Shown in pieces: positions 54,301 to 64,000 of a stretch of DNA of 64,000 bases. The stretch's first letter is position 1. Every line of letters begins with the position of its first letter. A program made the position numbers and the translations under genes. The notes under the pieces were generated by a model. The model searched no databases. It was not told the DNA's origin and saw only the letters and a list, made by a program, of their open reading frames with translations. Origin of the DNA: Sphagnum compactum (Eukaryota); contig OZ234494.1 of assembly GCA_965153455.1 (NCBI GenBank), positions 11,842,001-11,906,000 on the forward strand, read 5' to 3'.

Positions 54301-57165
54301 TCGAAACATCAAACAAAAACACCTAAAACCCAAAGAAGGAGCAAGCGAGGAACCCAACAAGCACCCAATTGACATTTGTGATCACAACATCATTATTGTA
54401 CTTATCATGGGCATAAAAGCTTGAATGACTAAACACATGGATACAAATTAATTGATTGCTTAATTGTTCATCCCTTTAGGCAAGGACTACTACACAATTA
54501 TTTGGAATTGCAACATCACAACATTCTAAGTAGCTTGGAAGTTGGATGGATCTTAAGGTGCCAAATCCGATATTTTCAAGGACATCTATATATGATACCT
54601 AATAAACTTACAACTAACTACCTTTAAACATTGTATCCTTTGGACACAAAGATCTAGAACTAGGCAAGGAGATCTACAAGTAGGCAAGGGAGAGGCAAAA
54701 TGATTTGATATTCCACTTCTTTGAAAAGATCTATTCCATTGTTGTTGTGCATCTCTTTTTTTAATTTCATTCCTTTGCCATTTTGGTTTAATTGCATTTT
54801 GAATATTATGTTAAGCAATATAAATGTTATGTATAAAATAAATGAGATAATCTGAAGTGCAATTATGTTTACAACTAAATCAAGTTAGAATACATATCAT
54901 GCAAAAAATAAGAGCATGATGTGGGTTGTGGTCCCTCCCGCATCATCTTGAGTGAGTCCATGGGGCATATATCCTATCATCGGCTTATGCTTGGACTGTG
55001 GAAATTACTTTACTCGGGCCTGGTCATGGCCCACTCTTTTGGTTTAGAACATGTTTTCTAACATGTTCTAAACCCTAAACCACACTTGTTTATTCCAAGG
55101 GCACTCTTTCTTCTGCTAGCTAGCCATTTCCTGACATTAGCATACGCAAGTGCCAGCTTGAACCAACATGACCCATGAAATAAATGATCATGCCATGCCT
55201 ACATTGATTATATTATTTTCAGAAATGTTGCAACTTTCCAAGGATTTTTAAATTATTTTTTTTGGGGGTGATGGAAAAAATGAAGAATATTCTAGAATCT
55301 TCTCTTTTTTTTTTGGCAACTTGAATTCTTCAAAATAAAAATAATTATACAACACCGAAATGTTGAACTTTGCCATGGTACTATGTACAGAAGAATGCGC
55401 ATTCCAATTTTTTTAAATTTTATTGAGGAAAGAGAAAAGTGACCTTAAGACAGTTGTAGAGGCAATTCTGCCATTTTTAAAACTATATTCAAATGATTCA
55501 TTATTAGATGATATATAGGAAAGAATTGGGCCCCTTGAATGGCATGGCTCCCCTTTGATGGCCACTTGGGTTTGGAGAATTGCATTGCAGGAATGGCCAA
55601 ATTCGGGCCCCCCTTGCTATTTACTTATGGCAACCACTTTTTTTTTTTTTTTTCCTCCAACAAATTTTGTCTTCAAATTTTTTCAAGAGAAGAATTGGGA
55701 AATTTTTGGAACAACTTTTTCTAGTGTAAAATTTGACTGAACTTTTTAATGTTTGGAAAAAAATTGCCAATTTGATGGCCCAACCAAAGACCAGGATTTT
55801 TATTATTATTATTATTTCAATTTTGTGAGGTAGGTGGGCTGGCGATTATTTACAAAGAGGGCCTAGCCAAATTTGGCTACAGGCCACAGTAATAAGTCAA
55901 AAACTTTCAAGCCAATGGCTAAATATGGCAACCTGAGAACTTTCTACCTCAAAATTTGAGGACTTTGGCCAAAAATTTTCCCCAAAAAATCCTTTGAAGC
56001 CTTCATCTGGAGCCCCTTTTTTTTGGTTTCCAAGTGGCCAAAATGTCACCACTAAAATAAATAAATAAATTATTTTAAAAAAAATTTAAAAATGCATGGG
56101 CAAAGGCATGGGTACTAACTGAATTTCTTACTACTTACTACTCACCACCAACCAAAAACCAGTCACCCAATGGTTGGTGAACTAAATACAAAAATGTTTG
56201 AAAATAGAGGGATGATTTTCAAAGGGGATTCTCAATTAGACAAATGGGGGGGGGAAAAAAAAGATTAAAATGGGCTACCTATCATGCAATAGGGACGTGG
56301 AGAGTGGGTTTTGGGAAATTAAACGTGGAACGTGATTGGAAGGTTTCTTTAAAATATAACTTGGGAACCCCCCTCCCCTTACCATTGCCATTTTTCATTC
56401 ACTCCACAGCTTTCCCTTAGCCACCCCCCACTCACTCACTCACTCACTCACCCCTCCCCTCCTCACCCACAGCATTTCTCTCTCCCAGCAGCATAAGCAC
56501 AACTCCAATTTGAAGCTTTTCTTCCCATCTCTGGATCCAGTTCCAAAATTATTATTATTGTTGTTGTTGTTGTTGTTGTTGTTTGTACAAGACACCCATT
56601 TTCCAATTCCAAATTCAAAGAGTCCAAATTGGATCACTTCCTATTAAAGTTCTCCTAAATATTGTGAGCAAAATTTCTGATCTCTGAATTAGACTCTGCT
56701 TGCACCACTTTGACTTTGTTGATGGATTTCGATTGTATTATGATGTTAGAAATTGTGGTTTCTTGCAGAAGATCAGCTGCTGCTGCTGCTGCATGCTTGT
56801 TGTTTGGAAAATACATGATATAATCATATACATTTGCAGCTATTTGTGTGCAGAAACCCATTTTATATGTTGCTGCTGCACCAGGAAATTAATTCACAAG
56901 AAACTTTTTTAGGCGAAAAAGAGTGATCCAAATTACCTCTGACAAATTAAAGAACTTCAATTAACAACAGAAAAAACATAGGGAATAGTGGGACCAATAA
57001 TTTGCAATGTTTTCAATTCTAATTATTTTCCCATTGTGAAACAGAGCCTGGAACATTAGTATTTTCCCATTTTCAAAACAAACCATGTCATGTTTGCATT
57101 GGGGAAATTCTCAAGTTCTTCTTGATCAATGGTCTTCCCACAGAGAATCCTTTTTTTAAAAAAAA

Positions 57166-57294
57166 TTCTTGTGATATTTGCAGCTCTTTGTGTGAAGAGA
57201 TTTTCATGTTCTTGTGATATTTGCAGCTCTTTGTGTGAAGAGATTTTCATATTCTTGTGATATTTGCAGCTCTTTGTGTGAAGAGATGTTCATC
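57166..57294. repeat. Three near-perfect copies of a 43-bp tandem repeat upstream of the RHM-like ATG
   Basis: TTCTTGTGATATTTGCAGCTCTTTGTGTGAAGAGAT starts at 57166, 57209 and 57252. Confidence 0.93.
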
Positions 57295-57593
57295 TTCTTA
57301 TAGTATTCACCGTATGTTAAGCTGCTGCACCAGGAAATTCTGTATTGCTATCTTTTGGAATGGATCTATGCAAAAGTACTTAATTGCGATTTTTGTTGTT
57401 GTACATGAACTGCAGAATCTATAATATCATAGTTGGCTGCAGCGCTTGGACCAGCTATTCTAGTTTTAAGTACTCAGCTAGTTGATCGCTTATTGCAAGC
57501 AGCAAAACTTCTTCCACCAGATCCGCGGCAGATATAAAGATAATACATCTTGCAAAGACATTGGCAGGAGATATATAAACAGGGGCTGGAACA

Positions 57594-58769
57594 ATGGACG
57601 GACCCATCAATAACTACACACCGAGAAATATTCTCATCACTGGTGCAGCAGGGTTCATAGCATCGCATGTGGCCAATCGGCTGATCCACAAATACCCACA
57701 GTACAAGCTGGTAGTGTTGGACAAGCTAGACTACTGTTCAAACTTGAACAATCTGGTGCCTTCCAAGTCCACCCACAATTTCAAGTTCGTGAAAGGAGAC
57801 ATCGGAAGTGCAGATCTGGTGAACTACTTGCTCATCACTGAACACATCGACACTATCATGCATTTCGCTGCACAAACCCACGTTGACAACTCCTTCGGCA
57901 ATAGCTTCGAGTTTACAAAGAACAACATCTACGGGACTCATGTGCTACTGGAGGCTTGCAAAGTGGCAGGTACCATCAAACGTTTTATTCACGTGAGTAC
58001 TGATGAGGTCTACGGTGAGACCGAAGCGGATGCTATAGTCGGAAACCATGAGGCATCGCAACTGCTTCCTACAAACCCTTACTCTGCTACCAAGGCCGGT
58101 GCGGAGATGCTTGTGATGGCATATGGTCGCTCCTACGGTTTGCCTATCATCACCACAAGAGGCAACAACGTTTACGGACCTAATCAGTTTCCGGAGAAAC
58201 TGATTCCTAAGTTCATGCTCTTGGCAATGCAAGGGAAGCCACTACCGATCCATGGAGATGGATCAAATGTACGCAGCTATCTGTACTGCGAAGACGTAGC
58301 GGAAGCTTTTGATGTGGTGCTGCACAAGGGAATCGTGGGTCATGTGTACAACATCGGCACCAAAAAGGAACGACGTGTCTTGGATGTTGCCAAGGACATC
58401 ATCGCCTTGTTCAATCTGGATTCCGGCAAAGCCATTCAGTTCGTGGACAATCGACCTTTCAACGATCAACGCTACTATCTGGACGACGCCAAGCTGAAGG
58501 CATTAGGCTGGCGTGAACGTACCTCATGGGAAGAAGGCTTGCGCAAAACAATGCAGTGGTATAAAAGCAATCCCAATTGGTGGGGCGATGTTTCACGAGC
58601 TTTGGTTCCTCATCCTCGCATGCTTACCATCGCGGGATCTGAGAAGTTGGGAGAATTGCAAAAGGGAGAAGAAGACGATGATGAAGCCGCCATTCCGCCA
58701 CCTCGCAAGCTCTATTCACCACGCACCAACGGTGCTGCCGAGACTCATCTCATCAAAATGCGTATGTAA
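57594..58769 (+). CDS. RHM-like UDP-glucose 4,6-dehydratase (N-terminal half of rhamnose synthase only), intronless, 391 aa
   Basis: ILITGAAGFIASH, VLDKLDYCS, HFAAQTHVDNSF, STDEVYG, YSATK, NVYGPNQFPEKLIP and WWGDVS.AL.PHP match the plant RHM dehydratase domain. The ORF stops in the linker region. Confidence 0.9.
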   Translation: MDGPINNYTPRNILITGAAGFIASHVANRLIHKYPQYKLVVLDKLDYCSNLNNLVPSKSTHNFKFVKGDIGSADLVNYLLITEHIDTIMHFAAQTHVDNSFGNSFEFTKNNIYGTHVLLEACKVAGTIKRFIHVSTDEVYGETEADAIVGNHEASQLLPTNPYSATKAGAEMLVMAYGRSYGLPIITTRGNNVYGPNQFPEKLIPKFMLLAMQGKPLPIHGDGSNVRSYLYCEDVAEAFDVVLHKGIVGHVYNIGTKKERRVLDVAKDIIALFNLDSGKAIQFVDNRPFNDQRYYLDDAKLKALGWRERTSWEEGLRKTMQWYKSNPNWWGDVSRALVPHPRMLTIAGSEKLGELQKGEEDDDEAAIPPPRKLYSPRTNGAAETHLIKMRM

Positions 58770-58864
58770 GTAGCGGATGGACAGCCTTATTATTTCTGAA
58801 CAAAATAAGCTTATTGACCTCCCATAATGCTCATTAGTCCATAATTTGCTCGGTGATGACGATT

Positions 58865-59475
58865 TCCATACCCATCTCTATTTCTTCATCCATCCATACC
58901 CATCTCTAGTTCTTCAATCATCCATACCCATCTTTAGCTCTTCATCCATCCATACCCATCTCTAGTTCTTCATCCATCCATACCCCATCTCTAGTTCTTC
59001 AATCATCCATACCCATCTTTAGCGCTTCATCCATCCATACTCATCTCTATTTCTTCATCCATCCATACCCCATCTCTAGTTCTTCATCCATCCATACCCC
59101 ATCTCTAGTTCTTCATCCATCCATACCCCATCTCTAGTTCTTCATCCATCCATACCCCATCTCTAGTTCTTCATCCATCCATACCCCATCTCTAGTTCTT
59201 CATCCATCCATACCCATCTCTATTTCTTCACCCATCCATACCCCATCTCTAGTTCTTCAATCATCCATACCCATCTTTAGTCCTTCATTCTGAACCATGC
59301 CCAATTTAGTTCTTCAATATGAACTATGCCCATTTTAGTTTTTCATTCTTCCATACCCATTTAGTTCTTCATTCTTCCATATACGCATTAGGTCCTCATT
59401 CTTCCAAATACCCATTTTAGTTCTTCATTCTTCCATATACCCATTTTAGTTCTTCATTCTTCTATACCCCCATCT
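58865..59475. repeat. 28-29 bp minisatellite (CATCCATCCATACCCCATCTCTAGTTCTT), homogeneous to about 59280 and then decaying
   Basis: About 14 well-conserved units followed by diverged ones. Confidence 0.93.
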
Positions 59476-59717
59476 TGATCAATTCTTTCATTAATGGATG
59501 GCAATAAATATTCATTTTCATGCATCTTCATTCTTCCATGCCCATTAGTTTTTCATTCGTCCATTATAGTTCTTCCATTCTTCCAATCGTCATCAATTCT
59601 TTTCATTAATACATGGAATTAATATTCATTTTAAATTGCATTTTCCTACTTATTAGTTTATTCATTATCATGTTGATAAACTTCCATGGTTAAGTTCATC
59701 ACCATCCCTTTGGTACA

Positions 59718-60205
59718 CTTCATTTATTTATTTAGTTCATCCAATCAATTATGCCTTTTGCCAAATTTTCATATAATTTATTAGTTCATCCAATCAATTA
59801 TGCCTTTTGCCAAATTTTCATTTATTTATTAGTTCATCCAATCAATTATGCCTTTTGCCAAATTTTCATTTATTTATTAATTCATCCAATCGCTTATGCC
59901 TTTTGCCAACTTTTTCATTTACTTGTTAGTGCACCCATCACTTATGCCTTTGGCAAATTTTCATTTATTTATTAGTTCACTCTTCACTTCCGCCTTTAGC
60001 AATTTTTATTGTTTATTAGTTCATCTAGCACTAGAGCTCCCTTTGAGAATTTTCATTGTTACTTAGTGAATCATCCATCACTAATCCTTTTTTCAGCCAA
60101 TTTTCATTAAATTATTAGTTCATCCATCACCTCTTCCTTTGGCAATTTTTGATTATTTGTTAGATCATCCATCACCAAACCCTTTTTGGCAGTTTCCATT
60201 ATTTA
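59718..60205. repeat. Tandem repeat of about 49 bp that diverges progressively
   Basis: TTTATTAGTTCATCCAATCAATTATGCCTTTTGCCAAATTTTCA-type unit: 3-4 good copies, then degenerate ones. Confidence 0.88.
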
Positions 60206-61165
60206 CTAATTCTCCAGGCTTTAGTAATTTTACACACATGCCTTAGATAGATAGCATGACATTTGTAATGGCATTTTAATTTTATTGATCATACCGCAGA
60301 CTTTTAATTATATTACTTGCATTTCCAGGAACTCAATTTATTTGTGTTTTTTGAAATTGGGAAACCACATGCTTAAATATTATGTGTAAAGCAAAAATTG
60401 CATCAAGAGAATTTCATTGTTCTCCAATCACCAAAAACCCAATACCAAAAAAATCATGTAATGCTTACCATGGAGATTGATGAAGCCAGAGCACCTCCAC
60501 TCCGCAGGTAACTTTTAGTTCACACTTTCAACCATAGCTTAGTTCAAGTCTTAACTAACATAATCAAGTTTGCACTTGTCAATATGCACATATCCATAGA
60601 TGTGCCATTAATCATGCCCTGAGCTCCTAGTGAAGAAAAGAATTCCAGAAGCTTGCTTGCAAAGCATCCCCTCCTTTTGACTGATTCTGTTGATGAAAAA
60701 CACTGCGTAAAAAACATGACAGATATGTAGTGGCCATGTTCTTTGTTACGTATGCCTGTCATTAACAAATCCATTGAGCTTTCCTCTTCTGGCAGCAACT
60801 TACAGTCAGTCAGCCACAAAGCTGCAGTATTCACAGCTCGGTACCATAAACAAAGCGGGTCATCAAAATATGTCTAAAGGGGGAAGGAGATGGCATTGTC
60901 AAAGGGTTCCCCCCTAGGAACATTTAACTAACAAGCAATAAGAGAAAGGCCAACATTGCTACCTATCATAGACAACAGTATACCATGGGGAAAAATGTGA
61001 AAAAATACACTCGGAATTCTATGGCAACTTGACCCTTTGAATTTCTATATGGCAAGCTCCTCTAACAAGCAAACAATTGTTGATGTATACTTAAATCATG
61101 TCATCATTGATGGTGCGCTGGAATAAGCTGGAATTAGCAGTGGAAAGATCTTACTTGAAGGAATG

Positions 61166-63616
61166 CTAACTCCAGCGGCTTCTCTTATCTCTCTCTCGGT
61201 TTCTCTCCCTGTCCCGATCCCTTAGTCTATCACGGTCTCTGTCCTTCCCTCTCTCTTTGTCATGCCCCCTCTCTTCCCTCTCTCTTTCCCTGTCTCTCTC
61301 TCTTTCTCTGTCCCTATTCAACCTGTCTTTTGAACGGGGTGGGCTTCTGCTTCTGCTTCGGCTTCGGCTAAGGGTGCGTTTCTTCCATGATGTAGACTCC
61401 CTCTTTTCATCCCGCCTCTCTTTCCTTTCCAAGGTACCCCTTTCTGCAATCCAAACATATATAGCTCATTCAGCTGCAATCCAAATTGCCTGCAAATGTG
61501 TGCTGCTAACATTCCCATAGCACTTGAAAATTGTAACTTCAACCATGAACAACAGAAATAGAAACTCACAAAACACCAATGGAGTATATATGACATGCCA
61601 ACCTCACTACTTAATAGAAAGGACATGGGTATAATCCCACAGATTAGCAGGTAGCTGATGTAATCACCTGATGCCTGAAGGCCATCTGCTCCCTTCATGT
61701 CTTGGTCTCGACTTGACAGCCACTGTCCATCTACAAGCCCATAGTCTGCTTCATGCTTCTTCCTGAGCAGTGCCACTTTCTTTTCAATTTCTTCAGAGCT
61801 TTTTACTCCTCGCTCTTCAAGGGACTCACGATATTCCATCACTGCCACCTCCAGCCTGCGTAGCTTTTGCCTAGATCCAGAAGAAAAGTAGATAAAAACT
61901 GGAGTAAGATCTGAACAGCCACATGGCACAAGCTCTCTCTGCTCACAAAGCAGAGTCTGTTATAACAGAAAAATACAATTGCTTCACCCCACAACCTTTT
62001 GACCTTCAGACTTTTTTCCCTCTCCTTGAGTAAGTTGGTAGATAAATTGGTGAATGCAGTAAAGCAGATGCAAGGAGCTACTTATTTCGTTAGATTCCCA
62101 GCTAATAGTCTCCACTATAGTCTCACTGAAATCACTTCAGTCACAATCAGCCTCATCCTCTCTCTGCTCTCCACAAAGTGATACAAGTCATACACTAATT
62201 TCTACTTAGTTTGGAACTGTCAGGGGATCATGTCCAGTTCCAGGCCTGCCTTGTTCAAGTCACTGTTGCAAAGTTGTGAGGTGAATAGAAACAGGATCAA
62301 CCCCAGTTCTATGTCTGACTGGTACGTATCAAGAGAAATCTTCACCCTGAAATCTCTCCTTTGAAAAGAACAAACATCAAATTGGTTTATCTAGAATTCA
62401 TCTATGAGATTGTAGAGGGAAATTCACAACAAAACTTTTAAGGTGACACAAAGTACTGAAGGTTCATAGAAAATAATTGGATTCAAGAGGATCTAAGATT
62501 AGCCTACAACCCTCAGACTTCATGACAACCAATCAGCCAGCCAGCCCCTACAATTTATGAACATAATGGTTGATGAGTGTTCCATGGCTACCTTCTATCC
62601 TCATCCATGCTTGTATCGTTGGTCAAACCTGAGGAATTGGCAAAGCCACTGTCCACTTTCTGCCGCTTCATGATACTCCCAAGAAGTTCATCACTGCCAG
62701 ATGAAGAGTATCCCAATCCTATGCCTTTAACATCACCTTGTTCATCACCGTCACTCATATCGTCCTGCCGAGTCCACTTTGATGCAGGCAGGACTGGCTC
62801 AGGTTTCTCAACTTTTGCACCAAAAACATTGTGTTGTGGTTGTGGGATTGCAAGGGTCTGAGGGAGAGATACAATTCCTTGTCCTGCTTCCCCTACTCCA
62901 CCAAGTTTCCTTGTTGCCATCTCATCACCTTCTTGGTATTGGGGCCATGGTGCACTGAGGCCAGAGGTGTACACAGCTGCTGAGCCATGATTGGCTGGAG
63001 TTCCACTACCTGAATCACCATTCTCACTCTTACCTTGATGACCCCTCTCATACCTGCTTACCTCCTGCCACCCACTTCCAACTTCTGTCCATCCTCCACC
63101 AGAACTCCATCTCCCTTCTCCACGCCCTCTATACACACCATCACTTCCATCCTTGCCTACCACTGGTATTGGTCTCCCCAAAATGTATCCCTGTGCAGTT
63201 TTCAGCTCCTCTTCTTGCTCCTGATTCCTTTGCTTTTCAGCCTCTTCTAGGCCAAGGAGCCTTCCCACCATTACTTCCACACCCCCTCGAGTTGACAAGC
63301 CATTATGTCGGCAACGTCTCTCTAGCTCAGCAAGAGGCAGGCTAGTGAGCTCTCTTGCAGCTGCTCCCTCACCCATGGCAAGCGCTGCATCTTGCCCTAG
63401 ATCTCCATATAGACCTTCCCGCACATTGATTGCAATCTGCCTGCTGTCACTTTCACCTCCATTCTCCTTTGTAGGCCCTGCATCCCCATTTAGAGAGTAG
63501 AATGGAGGCACTCCTGAATTTCCAGGCCGTAGGAAAGTGGCTCGCAGACCATTCACGTAGGCATCAGAAAACAAAAACCAGTCTGCCCAGACATGCAGAA
63601 CCTTTAAAACACGCTC
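61166..63616 (-). CDS. RRC1: RRC1/U2SURP (SR140)-like splicing factor, last three exons; gene continues beyond the window
   Basis: Exons 63616-62592, 61870-61668, 61443-61166. End of CID domain ERVLKVLHVWADWFLFSDAYVNGLRATF; SAP-like ELERRCRHNGLS; cwf21-like RRQKLRRLEVAVMEYRESLEE; C-terminal RS/RD/RE domain. Confidence 0.88.
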
Positions 63617-64000
63617 CTGGAAATATACACACCCCAACAATATCCCCAACATTACAGACCAAAGAATTACTACAAATGGGCATGATCTGCATTTTGAAAG
63701 GAGCTCAACAGACTGAAATGCATATATATCTCCATAAGTATAGAGAACCTCTCAATACTTAGCATTTAAGTCAACCTGAAGACAAGAGAAATGACTTGAT
63801 CATAGGGTTATCAAATTCTCACATCTGACAACGTATCAGTGAAGATGGGAAAAAAGGAGACCCAACACTACAAGACAGGAAAACAGCTGCAGAGCAGTTT
63901 GGAAACAGCATGTTCATAGTTCATACACGTGTTCAGTGACCTTCAACAGCTGAACAGAAGGACAATAGAAAGTGGGTTGAGGAGCTTAGACAGAGGCTTA

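Overview
Eukaryotic plant genomic DNA. By inference it is a bryophyte, probably Sphagnum-like, judged from protein sequences, intron style and repeat families. Six protein-coding genes can be assembled by hand: a complete 20-exon DICER-LIKE1 (9419-20363, +), RabB/Rab2 GTPase (-), sphingolipid delta-4 desaturase (-), AMSH-type JAMM deubiquitinase (+), an intronless RHM-like gene encoding only the UDP-glucose 4,6-dehydratase half (+), and the 3' part of RRC1/U2SURP (-). Intergenic DNA holds a decayed LINE interrupted by a solo LTR, a decayed hAT transposase interrupted by an LTR and a TIR element, and several tandem and dispersed repeats. The main finding is a bulge-free 40-position miRNA-like hairpin (13348-13442) in the unusually long intron 7 of DCL1. 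The angiosperm miR162 site is not conserved here. Together these point to Dicer self-regulation through an intronic miRNA precursor, in the same position as MIR1047 in Physcomitrium DCL1a. All exon boundaries and pairings were read by eye and not confirmed by alignment or folding software.
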